Positions 1-11,651 of a stretch of 64,000 bases of DNA are shown here, piece after piece (within the stretch, counting starts at the first letter, position 1; the number at the start of each line of letters is the position of its first letter). A program made the translations under genes and the position numbers. The notes under the pieces are model-generated. The model searched no databases and was not told the DNA's origin. It saw nothing but the letters and a program-made list of their open reading frames with translations. The DNA is from an uncultured Planctomycetaceae bacterium (GTDB lineage: Bacteria > Planctomycetota > Planctomycetia > Isosphaerales > Isosphaeraceae), in the NCBI GenBank assembly GCA_963833985.1, contig CAWIAD010000001.1, positions 2,400,001-2,464,000 of the forward strand, in the 5' to 3' direction.

Positions 1-2527
1 CGGAAGTCCACACGCCGGGTCCACTGCGCGACGGCAAGCCTGCGCATCTCATCGGCGGAGTTCGTCATCCTCGCGGCGAGCGCACAGGAGTAAACAGGAA
101 CCCGCGAGGGACGGAAATCGAGGCTCGCGTAGAACGAGGAGAGCGGGCCGGTCACCGCGGCGAAGGCCGGGGTGTGATAAGCGCGGGCGAACGGCAGCTC
201 CTCGCACACCACGCCCTCGGAGCGCAGCAGGGCGACGGCGTGGTCGACCTCGCCAGGATCTCCCGCGATCACCACCTGGTGAGGGCAGTTGTCGATGGCC
301 ACAGTGACCGAAGCGCCGCCGGCCAGGCATGCGACCTCGGCGCGCCCGCGGTTCGTGCCGGCGGCCACGAGCTTCGCCGTGGGGATCTTTCCGTGGGTTT
401 CCAGCTCGCGGAAGATCGCCGCCAGCCGAATGAGCTGCCGCTCGAGCACTTGCTCGGTCTCGAGCACCCCCGCGGCCGCCAGCGCGGGAAGCTCTCCGCT
501 GCTGTGACCGGCCACCGCGTCGGGACGCAGCCCCAGCCGCGAAAGCACCTGGTAGATCGCCCACTGTGCGGAGAGCACCGCGGTGACCGCCGTGTCGGTG
601 GCCCAGAGCGCTTCGCGGTTCGCGGACGGGCCGCCAAAGAGGTGGTGGCTGGGCGGCACCGTCTCTCCCGACTCGCGGGCGATCCGATCGGCCATGTCGA
701 GCACGCCGCGCAGCTCAGGGAAGTGCGGGCAAAGATCCGCCAGCATGCCGGGGTACTGCGTGCCCTCGCCCGGAAACAGGAAGGCCAGCCGCCCCTGGCG
801 GCCCACCGGTTCGTCCCAGTAGTACAGTCCGCGGGCATCGCGGACCTGCCGGCAGGACGGCGCACGGAGCCTCGGCTCGATGAGCTCCAGTTGCGCGATC
901 AGCTCCGGCACCGAGCCGGCCACGAGCCCCAGCCGCGCAGGGCCGGACGACGACGAGGACTCGGTGTTGAGCGTGAACGCCAGGTCCTTGAGCGCGAGGT
1001 CGCCCCGGCATGTGAGTCGGTCGCGGAGCCAGCGCACGCGGTCGACAAGCTCGCTCCGGCCATCGGCCGCAAGCAGGAACGCTTCCGAATCCCAGTCGAG
1101 CATGACTCCGGAGCAGGCGCCGTCGGCCGACGCGGCATGCTCCTCGAGGACCGCATGCGCATTGATTCCCGCGAAGCCGAAGGCATTCATCGCGGCCCGG
1201 CGCGGATGCAGCGCCTCGCCATGGATCCAGGGCCGGGGTGCTTGCAGCAGCTCCAGTCCGCTTCCTTCCAGCAATGGACCTGGGCGGTCGGCCCCCAGGG
1301 TGGGAGGCAAGACGCGGTGATGCAGCGCCAGAGCGGTCTTGATAAGCCCTGCCATGCCCGCCGCCGGCATGGCGTGGCCGATCTGCGACGAGACCGCGCC
1401 GAGCACGCGCGCCCCTCGGCCGATGGCACGAACACCTTCCGCAGCGCCTTCAGCTCGGCCCGGTCGGCCGCGGGCACGCCCAGCCCATGCCCTTCGACCA
1501 GCCCCACGCTGGCAGGGTCGATCCCCGCGGTGCGATAAGCCCGGCGCATGGCGCGGGCGTGGCCGCGGGCGCTCGGACTCGCCAGGCCCTGACCGCGACC
1601 GTCGCTGGCGATGCCCACTCCCTTGACCACGGCATACACCCGATCGCCGTCGCGCTCGGCATCGGCCAGCCGCTTCATGACCACCACGCCGACGCCTTCA
1701 CCGGGGACCAGGCCGTCGGCCCCGGCCGAGAACGGCCGCGAGGCGCCACTTCGCGACAGCACTCCCAGCCGCGAGAAGACCAGCGGGAAGTCGACGTCGG
1801 CCTCGATGTAGACCGCGCCGACAAGCGCCAGGTCCGCCCTCCGCCCGACCAGAGCCCGCGCTCCCAGATCGAGCGCGACCAGAGCCGAGGCGCTGGCGGC
1901 ATCCACCACGAAGCTGGCGCCGCGAAGGTCCAGCCGATCGGCAATTCGCCCCGCCGTGGCGCTGGTGAGCTGGCCGGGACTCGTCGCGGCCTCGAACGGT
2001 GGCAGGCTGGACCTCAGGTCACGCCGCAAGAGCTCGAGGTCCTCGTCCGTCCATTCCGGATGGAGCGCGGCCAGGAGGCCGACGGTCTGCGCGACCATGC
2101 GTCCGTGCTGGAGCCGGATCAGGTTTCCCCGGTTGAAGTAGTTTCCCCTGCCGATGACCACCTCGACCCGCCGGCGATCGAGCCTGCCAACGTCGATGTC
2201 CGCGTCGAGCAGTGCGGCGCGGGCCGCATCAAGAACCAGGAACTGCTCCGGCTCGCCTCCCGCGACGGCCAGCGGCATGATTCCGTGCGCGGCCGGGTCG
2301 AACGCGACGGGCTCGTCGAGGTAGCCTCCGCGGTTGCACGCCACCCGGTCGCTGGCGCTCGAGTCCGGATCGTAGAACGTCTCCAGCGGCCAGCGGTTCG
2401 CGGGCACCTCCCGGGTCATATCCCGGTTGGCCAGCACGTTGGTCCAGAAGGCGCACAGGTCGGCTGCGCCCGGAAACCGGCAGGCCATGCCAACCAGGGC
2501 GATGTCGTGGCACCGCCCGCGGCTCAT
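1..2527 (-). CDS. Type I PKS subunit 2 (KS-like + AT; hglE/PfaBC-like), frameshift at ~1410, runs off left edge
   Basis: ATG at 2527 overlaps the upstream stop (ATGA). KS N-terminus DIALVGMACRFPGA and motifs DAASAS and EGHGLG. After a frame switch at ~1407-1415 it reads VLGAVSSQIGHAMPAAG...NAFGFAGINAHAVLEE, then AT motifs FLFPGEGTQYPGM, GHSSGE and AYHTP, open to position 1. Confidence 0.88.
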
Positions 2528-5500
2528 CGCACGGCCTCCGCCAGCCGCGCGGATCGCTCCAGGGGGGCATCGAGCAATCCCAGATCGCCGGAGAGAACCA
2601 CCTCGACCTCGCCCTTGCGGCCGTGTGCCAGCTCGCTGATGAGCGCGGCCACTCCTGCATCGGGGGGAATCATCCCCAGACCCCGAGCACCAAGGTGCGC
2701 CTCGAGCTCGGAGACCATGCCAATTCCCGCCCACGGTCCCAGGATCGGTGCCACGACGCGGCCTGGCCAGCGGCGATCCAGCCAGATCGCCAGCTTGTTC
2801 AACGCCTCGTTGGCGGCGGCGTAATCGGCCTGGCCGCGGTTGCCGAAGCGGGCCGCGATGGAAGAGAAGAAGACCGCGAACCGGAGCGACTCGCCGCGGA
2901 CCAGCCGCGCCAGGTGGAGCGCGCCTTGAAGCTTGGTGTCCATGACCTGATGAAACGCATCGAGCGACTTGTCGCCCAGCAGCTTGTCGCGGATGAGCCC
3001 CGCTCCATGAACCAGGCCCACGGGATCTCCGAACTGCTGCCGCCAACGGCTGAGGACGTCGCGCAGGCGGCCCTCGTCGCGCACGTCAGCGGCCGCGTAC
3101 TCGACACGGGCGCCGGTGGCTCGTAACCGCTCCAGGTTCTGCCGCACCTCGCGGGCGCGGCGCACTGACAGGTAGGCCCGCTCGAGTTCCGCGGGAGCGA
3201 CCGGATGGCCCCCGCGGCGCAGGCGTTCGTAAAGCGCGGATTTGAGCTCGGCCGGACCGCTCATGCCATCCAGCTCCGCGCCGTCGTGGTCCGCGGGGAG
3301 CGGGGTGGTGCCGATGAGCAACAGCGTGGGCCGCCACCGCCGGGCCAGCTCCGCGGCCAGCAGCGACGTGATCCCTCTCGCTCCACCGGTGATGAGCACC
3401 GGTTCACCCGCGGCGAGGACCAGGGCGTCCTTGCCGGCAGCCTTTCGCAGGGGCGCGGGAACGGCCTGGAGCCGCACGCGTCGTGCCTCCGCGTAGCCCA
3501 CCTCCGACCAGGCGTCGTCGTGCAAAAGCTCCACGAGCAGCCGTCCGGAAAGTTCGACCGGATCTTCGCCGGCATCCAGATCCACAACACGGGCACGCAC
3601 CGATCTCCACTCGCGAGCGATGGTCTTCACCAGCCCGGCAATCGCCCCCTGGCCAGCGAAGAAGCCGGCTTCCGGCGTACCCAGGCTGGCGAAGCGGCCG
3701 CCCAGGGCCGTGGCCGCGATCAGGCAGGCGCCACCACGATCGGCGGCCCGATGCAGGTCTCCGGCCATCGCCTTGGCCATGAGAAACAGCGCCTGAACTT
3801 CGGGATCCATGCGGCCGACCCAGGCGGCAGGCTCAAGCCCCGGATCGCTGGCGCTCTGAAGCGGCAAGAGGTGGACCAGACCCGCCAGAGGCCCGGCCCG
3901 CCGCGCCTGGCGGATCGCACGCTCCACCGCGGAGGCCGACGTCCAGTCGATCCGGGCCTCGCTTCCGCCCAGCAGCAACGCTTGCCAGCCGCGTTCGTGC
4001 AGGGCGCCGGCCAGGGCTTGAGCGACGCCCCGGTCGTCCGCCGTGATGAGCACGGTCCCGCCGCTCATGAGACCACTTTCCGCGGCCTCGACTGGCGCGT
4101 CCACCGCTTCCAGCACGAACCGGCGGACTCCGGATTTTACCTGCCCGTTCCGCTGGCTGTCGTGGCCGTTGTCAAGCGCCGCGGGCTCGGCGCTTGAGTA
4201 GCTGCCGGAGCCGCCACGGGCGCCGGCCGCGGCGCCGGGTCGGCTGCCGGCCCTGTGGCCGCCCGGGGCATTGCTTTCCGTGCCATCTCCACGGCCCGTT
4301 CCACCCGGTCGACGATGGCCGCGAGCGTCCGCGCATGCACCAGCCGGTCCATCACCTCGGAATCCGACGTCGCGGTTAGCTGCGGGAACGCGTCTCGCAG
4401 CTTGCTGAGGATCTCGACCCGCTTGATCGAATCGATCCCCAGGTCGGCTTCCAGGTCCAGCTCCAGGCCCAGCACCTCGAGCGGATATCCGGTCCGCTCG
4501 CGAACGATATCCAGGAGCTTGCCGGCAATCTCGTCACGGCCGCCGGGCATCGCGACGGGCGCCGCAGGTGGGGCGAAGGCAGGTTCCTTCGGCTGGGTGA
4601 CAACCGGTTCCGGGGGTTCCTGCCGCAACGCTGTCGGGACGGGAGCCGAATCCCGGGCCTGAGCCGGCGGCCGCGGCGCTGGCTGCGGCGCGTGGACCTC
4701 CTCGATCGGCCGGCTCGGCACGGCCGGCATCACCGCTGGCCGCAAGCGGCTTGCCGCCGGCGCGGCAACCGCCATTTCCTGAGCGGCCGCGTGGACGCCG
4801 GGCTGGCTCCGTCCCGAGAGGTAGGCCAGCATGGTCGATCGCTGCACCTCGAGGAAAGCCTGCATGGTCTCCTGGAACGCCAGCAGCACGCGCTCTGACC
4901 CGGGCGCGGAAGCGGGCCGTTCCGCCGCGGGTAAAGCGGTATCTGGCGGCACTGGCACGGCGGCGCGGCTCGAGTTCGCCTTTCCATTGGTCCCGGCGAT
5001 CGCCTGACCGTTCCCCGGAGATGCGTGCGCTGCGGCTGGTTTCATGACGGCTTCAACCCGTGGCTGAGAGTGAGAGGACTGGCCCAGAGGCTGCGGAGGC
5101 GCCTCTGTCTCGAGATTCGCCTGGCCGAGCCGCCTGGGTTCGGGGCCATGCAGTGGCCGGGCCCGGCTGCCGTTGACCATCCAGGTGGAGGCAGGCAGGG
5201 GAGCCGAGCCGTCACCGGCCGGCAAGGCATCGGGGTCCAGCCGGCGTTGCGATCGCCCCGCGGTCAGCGGCTCGAGATTGAGAGCGGCCCCCGCCATGAC
5301 GATCTTCGCCAGGGCATGCAGGAAGCCCGTGAGACCGGGCTTGCCGCGCGGCTCGCAGGCCACTGCGGAATGCGGCCGGTCGCCCAGGATCGACTCGACC
5401 AGAGGCGCAAGCAATCCGCCGGGCCCCACTTCGATGAACAACCGCGCTCCCTGGTCATGCATCGCCAGCACCATCTCGGCGAATCGGACCGGGCTGGTCA

Positions 5501-8078
5501 CATGCTCGCCCAGCCGCCTCGCCACCGCCGCCGGGTCGCGCGGGTGGGCGAGCGCATCCAGGTTCGAGAAGACGGGGCACGCGGGCGCTGCGCTGATGGC
5601 CTCGAGCGCATGCCGCGTGAAGGGCTCGCGCGCCGGCTTGAGCAAGGGCGTGTGAAACGCGCAGGCCACAGGAAGAAGCCGGCCCTGAACACGCCCGGCC
5701 CGGGCTCGCTCCAGCACCGCGTCCACGGCCGCGCGCGGCCCGGCAATCACCGTCTGACGCGGGCCATTGCGGTTCACAATCAGTGCGCCTGGCACATCGC
5801 TCACCAGCCTGGCGGCCTGCTCGGGACCTGCGATCAAGGCGGCCATCGCGCCGGGCTCGGCGCCCGCGGCTGCGCTCATCAACCGGCCGCGCCAGTGGGA
5901 AAGCCGGGCCAGCTCCGCGGTATCCAGCGCTTCCGCCGCGTGCAGGGCGACCAGCTCGCCGTAGCTGTGCCCGGCTGTCATGTCCGGCTTCAGACCCAGT
6001 TTCAACAGCAGCCGCAGCAGGCCGACGCTCGCAGCGCCGATGGCCGGCTGTGCGACCTCGGTCTGCCGCAAGGCTTCGGCCTGGCGCTGCCGCATCGCGT
6101 CGTCGAAGGCGGGAGCAGGGAAGACGCGTGACCCGATCGGTTCCTGCCCCAGCGCGCCGATGGCCGCGTCGAATTGCTCGAAGGCGCTGCGGACCTCGTC
6201 GAACTGGATGGCAAGTTCGCGGAGCATCCCGACCGCCTGCGATCCCTGGCCCGGGAAAACAAACGCCACCTTCTGGCCCGGGAACCTGGGACGTTCGGTG
6301 AAATAGACGCCACGCGGGTCGGCCAGCTCACTGGCCCCCCGGCCGATCGCCTCGCGGGCGAGACTCAACCGGGCGGCCAGCTCGGCGTGCGTGCCGGCCA
6401 CGATGGCCAGGGTCGGCCCGCCTTGATGCGCAGCGAACCGGCCAGCCAGCGCGTGCGCCAGGTCGGGCAGGGCAGGGCGGCATCCCGCGGCCAGTTGTGC
6501 GGACAGTTTGTCGAGACGGCTCATCAGACCCGCACGGTCTGGAAGGCACCAGACGAACAGCTCGGCTGGCCAGTCGCGAGTGCAGGGCGGGAAAGTTTCC
6601 GGCGGAGCGCCCTGGTACTCCTCGAGGACCGCATGGAAGTTCGTGCCGCCGAAGCCGAAGGCGCTGACTCCGGCCCGGCGCGGCTGGCCGGTGGCGGCGT
6701 GCAGCCACGGCTGGGCCTCCACGTTGAGCCGCAAGACTCCGTCATCGAGATCAAGCTGCGGATTGGGCTTCTTGATGCCAATCGTCGGCGGCAGGGTGCG
6801 GTGCCGCAGGGCGAGCGTGGCGTGGATCAGCCCGGCGAGCCCCGCCGCGCACTTGGCATGGCCGATCTGCGACTTGACCGAGCCGACCACGCAGCCACCC
6901 CGAGCAGCCTGTCGAGATTTGAAGAGCTTCGAGAGCGCCTCGATCTCCACAACGTCTCCCACGGCCGTTCCGGTTCCGTGTGCCTCGATGTAGCCGACCG
7001 TGGCCGGATCGATGACGGCTTCGGCGTAAGCGCGCGTCAGGGCCCGCATCTGTCCCTGGTCGCTGGGGGCGGTCAGCCCCTTGCTCCTGCCGTCGCTGGA
7101 GGCGCCCACGCCCTGGATCACCGCGTAAATCTGATCGCCGTCGCGCTCGGCGTCGGCCAGCCGCTTGAGCACCACCGCCGCCACACCCTCGCTGATCACG
7201 ATGCCGTCTGCGCTGGAGTCAAAGGGGCGGCACCGGCCGCGCGGCGAGAACGCCTGGGTCTTGCTGAAGGCCAGGTAGGTGAACGGGTTTTGCACCGTGT
7301 CCACGCCACCCAGAAGCACCATGTCGGCAGCACCCGTCTTGAGCTCGCGGACTGCCAGGTTGAGCGCTGCCAGTGACGATCCGCAAGCCGCGTCCACCGT
7401 GTAGTTCGCACCGCCCAGGTCCAGGCGGTTGGCAATGCGGCCCGCGGTTACGTTCAGCAGGATGCCCGGGAACGAGTCCTCGGTCCATTCGGGCAAGAGT
7501 CCGCGGCATTGTTCCAGCGTGGCCGGGCCGCTACCCGGCGCGATCGCATCGAGCATGGGCAGGTACGACCGGAAGGCGTAGCCCATGGCCACCTGCGCTG
7601 CGCCGCCTCCCATGCCCAGGATCACACTGGTACGCTCACGCGGAAAGGCACGCTGCTCGTAGCCGGCATCAGCCAGGGCCATCCGCGCCACTTCGAGCGC
7701 GAGCAACTGGGCCGGCTCGACCGAGGGAAGACTGGACGGCGGCATGCCGTAACGCAGCGGATCGAAGGGGAGGTCGGGAATGAAACCGCCCCACTTCGAG
7801 TAGATCCGGTCGGGCGCTTTCGGATCCGGGTCGTAATACAGCCTCCAGTCCCACCGGTCGGCCGGGACCTCGCTGATCAGGTCGCGGCCCGCGACCGAGT
7901 TGGACCAGAAGGTCGCGACGTCTGCCGCACCCGGCATGAGCGCGGCCATGCCCACGATGGCGATGGCGGCCGGGCCGGTCTGTGGACCGAGGGCTCGATC
8001 CTGTTCCTGGTGCCTGGCTTCAATGTACGGGGTTACCCCGCCAGTCACATCTCGGTGCAAGTCGGCCATGGTCACCAC
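2524..8078 (-). CDS. Type I iterative PKS subunit 1, KS-AT-ACP-KR (PfaA/HglE-like); ORFs 4137-8078 and 2524-4116 joined across a frameshift near 4190
   Basis: KS triad TVDAACGSS / EAHGTGT / GSVKSQIGH; AT FPGQGSQ, GHSYGE, CAFHTP; single ACP LEADLGIDSIKRVEIL. The second frame continues ...GVRRFVLEAVDAP into a KR (LITGGARGIT, HGAG..RDK, FSS..GNRGQADYAAAN). Confidence 0.92.
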
Positions 8079-8320
8079 GTCCTTCCGCAGGGTTGCGAAT
8101 TTCCGCCTTCCCGCGGACTGATCCTGCCCCGTCCCCGGACCGGCAGGCCGGTGCGCGGCAAGATCGGCTGAAGCGGGCCGACGACGGTGTCACCGCTCAT
8201 CAGGCTGACCGCTTCGCTTCCCGCACCGAGACCGCCCGCCTTTGCCGCGGCAATCGCAAGTGACGATTCACCAGGCATTTCTGGCGTCGCAACGAGAACC
8301 TCGTTTGGCTTGCTGCGCAT
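8072..8320 (-). pseudogene. Remnant N-terminus of PKS1 (start of a FabK/nitronate-monooxygenase-like enoyl reductase domain)
   Basis: MRSKPNEVLVATP...SLAIAAAKAGGLG resembles the first motif of FabK-like TIM barrels. The PKS1 frame just downstream reads KFATLRKDVVTMADLHRDV, resembling the end of that domain. Confidence 0.5.
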
Positions 8321-8648
8321 CGCGGCAACTCACTCACAACTTTGGTTGCTCCAGTTGACTATACCATCTAGGAAATTTGAGTGATTTGAGGTATATGGGA
8401 AATTTCATGAAGACCTCAGCTCACTGGGTATCGTCAAACCGGCACGTCCGTCATCAGTCCGACGATCGACACGGTGAACGTCTCGGCCAAAACCGATCCG
8501 CGGAAGCCCTGGGCGGCATACGAATCACTGGGACAGGGCGTGCAGTCTCATCGACAGGGCTGTGCCTCAGGGGTAGTGTGTTTGCAGCTTCGGGCAGGGC
8601 TGACGGCGGCGAACCGGTGGAACCCGATCCTGACACGGAGGGGCGTCG

Positions 8649-9557
8649 ATGCCTGGGCACGGCCGGATGTGGGCGATCTGGATCGTGCTCGCTCACGCGG
8701 GGCTGGTCTGGGCGGGCGGGGCGGAATCGGCTTTTCCGGAAGCTTCAGCGCGCGGGCCGGAACTGCAAGCGATCGCTCCGGGCACGGTGATCGGCGACCA
8801 TGAACCACCGGGCTGGACGCACCTGGTCATCAAATCGATCCCGCGGCTGGCTTCCGGCGACCTGTCCACCCTGCCGCAATCAGCATTTCGCACGGCCACA
8901 CTGTTCCGCACCGTCATCCTGGCCGACGTCCGCGCCAGGGCGGACGAGCCGTCGCGCTTCGAGCTTCGCCGCATCGGCGTTGGACTCTGCGTGCCAGACC
9001 GCTCCCGTGCCGACGTCATGGTGGATTCGCGACACCTCGACGCGCCCGGCCTCGACCTCGGCCTGGTCGACAGGGTTGTGCTCCGCTCGGCCGAGGCCGA
9101 ACTGGCTCGCGGCAGGATCGTGATGTCGACGCCGACCTTCGCTCTTTACCGTGCGCCCACCCGGCTCCTGGAAAATGGAGTGCACCAGCAGGTGATCCTC
9201 ACTTACGCCTTCCTGGCCGACTGCCAGACAGGAGCACTCCAGGTGCTCCTCTGGTCGCAAACGGCCAGCAATCCCGGCACTCATGCTCCGAATGCAGTCA
9301 TTGAGCTGCCGCGCAATCTGGTCGACGACTGCCGGCTGAACGTGAAGGCGGACCGCCTGCTCGGTGCTCTTCCGGTGTCGTGGTCGTTCGCCATGGAGCG
9401 CCCGCCCGCGGGAGCGGCCCGGCCAGTCAGCCCTGAACTGGAGCCCCTGCTGATGAAGCCGGCGGCAGCGGTCCCGCCGCAGCTCATGGAACGAGCACTC
9501 TGGCGCGTGCTCAGCGCGACCCGGTCGGGGGTTGGGTCGACTTCGAACGCTCCTTGA
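8649..9557 (+). CDS. Hypothetical secreted protein
   Basis: 302-aa ORF with a hydrophobic signal-like N-terminus and natural composition; divergent from the PKS. Confidence 0.7.
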   Translation: MPGHGRMWAIWIVLAHAGLVWAGGAESAFPEASARGPELQAIAPGTVIGDHEPPGWTHLVIKSIPRLASGDLSTLPQSAFRTATLFRTVILADVRARADEPSRFELRRIGVGLCVPDRSRADVMVDSRHLDAPGLDLGLVDRVVLRSAEAELARGRIVMSTPTFALYRAPTRLLENGVHQQVILTYAFLADCQTGALQVLLWSQTASNPGTHAPNAVIELPRNLVDDCRLNVKADRLLGALPVSWSFAMERPPAGAARPVSPELEPLLMKPAAAVPPQLMERALWRVLSATRSGVGSTSNAP

Positions 9558-10425
9558 GCAGCTCGCGGCGCAGCTTGCGCACCTGGTCTTGGGCGACCGG
9601 TGCGAACTTGGAGCGGAGGATCGGGTTTCCCTGGAACCAGGCGTCCGGCTCGCTGAATGCCGCGTGTAGCTCTACCAGCAGGGCGCCCTCGAGATGCTTG
9701 AGCCGGCTGATCTTCGTGTAGCTCATGCCCCCAGAGTAAGCTTGCCATGCGCCGGGCTGGCCGCCACGCTCGAGTGTCCGCCAGCGGTTGGCCATCTTCA
9801 AGCCGGCATCAAAGGTCGCGGCGCTGCGGCTGGCAATCACCATTGATCCATCGCTGCGCGTAACAACGACCTCGTCAATCACCTGGAACTCGATGCGGTC
9901 GAGAATCCGGGCGTCCAGGCGAACGTACCCGATCGATTGGTCGCGCTCATGCCGGGTCGTCTTGCCCTGGGCCTTCAGCACTTCATTGCCGAGCATCCGG
10001 CTCTCGAACCGCATGTTGGCCGCTTCGACGGCCTTACCATTGGACTGGCCGGCGATCTGGAGCGCGTCAAGCCGATCCAGGTCGCCGCGGACCACGAACC
10101 AGAGATCAAGGATCCGCACGGTGGCTTCGTGAGTTTTCTGGTCTCGCACCTTCAAGAGGTAGGGCGCCGTGACCGAGTCGCGCAGCAGGTCCTTCAGCGC
10201 CGCTTCGGAGCCCGCCAATCCCCGGAGAGCCCCTCGCTGCTGGCTGGCATCCATTCCATCCGTCAGGATCGGGCCGGGGAAGGAAACCGTGGCGTCGCCA
10301 TCGCGAAACCCCGTCCGGAGCGTTTCAACGTAGACAGAATTCCGGGCGTGTGCCGGCTCGACGTGACCGCCGGACGGGTCCCGCATCAGCAGACACGCGC
10401 TCAGGGTCAAGAGGGTGAAGCCCAT
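9511..10425 (-). CDS. Hypothetical secreted protein
   Basis: 304-aa ORF, signal-peptide-like MGFTLLTLSACLL, natural composition. Confidence 0.7.
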   Translation of the reverse strand: MGFTLLTLSACLLMRDPSGGHVEPAHARNSVYVETLRTGFRDGDATVSFPGPILTDGMDASQQRGALRGLAGSEAALKDLLRDSVTAPYLLKVRDQKTHEATVRILDLWFVVRGDLDRLDALQIAGQSNGKAVEAANMRFESRMLGNEVLKAQGKTTRHERDQSIGYVRLDARILDRIEFQVIDEVVVTRSDGSMVIASRSAATFDAGLKMANRWRTLERGGQPGAWQAYSGGMSYTKISRLKHLEGALLVELHAAFSEPDAWFQGNPILRSKFAPVAQDQVRKLRRELLKERSKSTQPPTGSR

Positions 10426-10555
10426 GTTCGGATTGTAGCAGCTTCAAGGCCCTTGCGGGCAAGTTCGGGACTCGTACAACCGATACAAACTGGCAAGGGG
10501 CGCAGGCCCTGCGCCGGTGGCAGGCTGATTCCTGGCTCACGGACCATTGCCATTC

Positions 10556-11651
10556 ATGGCCGGACTGCATCGCAGGCAAACGCTCCTGATATCGCTCAGC
10601 TTGCTGGCGCCACTGGTTGCCAGCGGCTGCCAGCATCCGTTCCCCGTGATGGGCTATTTTCAGGGGACCGCGAATGTGGCCGCGCAGGCGGACGTTCACG
10701 GCGAGATGTCCATCAAGCTGCCCCTGGCCGCCGATCCGGGACCAATGATCGCCTCGGTGATCCGGCAGGCCTCGCGCGGGCCGGTGGCGCCGCGGATCGC
10801 CCTGATCGACGTGGACGGGGTGCTTCTGAACCAGAACCGGGAAGGGCTTTATGACTCGGGCGAGAACCCGGTCGCGGTCTTCCGCGAAAAGCTGGAGGCC
10901 GCGGCGAGTGACGTCCGCGTGGCGGCCGTCGTGCTGCGCATCCATAGCCCGGGCGGTGGAGTGACCGCGTGCGATATCATGACGGCGGAGCTGGAGCGGT
11001 TCCGGGCCGCGACGCGCAAGCCTGTGGTCGCCTGCCTGATGGACGTGGCAACCTCGGGCGCTTATTACCTGGCACTTGGCGCCGACCGGATCGTCGCCCA
11101 CCCGACGTCGATCACCGGAGGGGTCGGCGTGGTCTTCAATCACGTCAATCTTCAGGACGCGATGGCGCAGCTCAACGTCGCGGACGATTCCATCAAGGCA
11201 GGGCCGCTCATCGATATGGGCAACGTCACCAGGCCGCTCGAGCCCGAGACGAAGCAGCTCTTGCAAGGCATGGCCGACGGCTTCCGCCAGCGCTTCGTCG
11301 ACCGCCTCGTTGCGCAGGCCGGCGCTCACCGGGAAGGATCGGCACACGATTGCCGATGGGCGCGTCGTCACGGGCACCCAGGCCCAGGCGCTGCACCTGG
11401 TGGATCGGCTGGGCTACATCGACGACACCCTGCGCGAGGCGGAACAGCTCGCGGCTGCAAACGATGCCGAGATTGTGCTCTACAGCCGCGCCGGCAGCCC
11501 GGCCAGGTCGCTCTATGCCATCGCTCCCAGCCCGCCCAGGCTCAGCGACGCAATCCCCTTCAGCTATCCCGGGCTCGACCGCACCAAGCTGCCGACCTTC
11601 CTGTATCTCTGGCAGCCCGACCCGACGCTGCCGCGGACGTCGCCACGGTGA
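10556..11651 (+). CDS. sppA: S49 family signal peptide peptidase (SppA-like lipoprotein), frameshift at ~11313
   Basis: Lipobox-like VASGC; RIHSPGGGV, DVATSGAYYLA, PTSITGGVGV, IKAG. The C-terminus continues in the frame of ORF 11076-11651 (IADGRVVTGTQAQALHLVDRLGYIDD). Confidence 0.85.

Noticed and set aside
2528..3046. N-terminal extension of ORF 1187-3046
   Set aside because: It overlaps the KR coding frame of PKS1; the real start is the coupled ATG at 2527.
174..8171. Long plus-strand ORFs opposite the PKS (and similar ones at 31086, 40273, 52146 and 60266)
   Set aside because: Antisense shadows of high-GC genes with no recognisable motifs.
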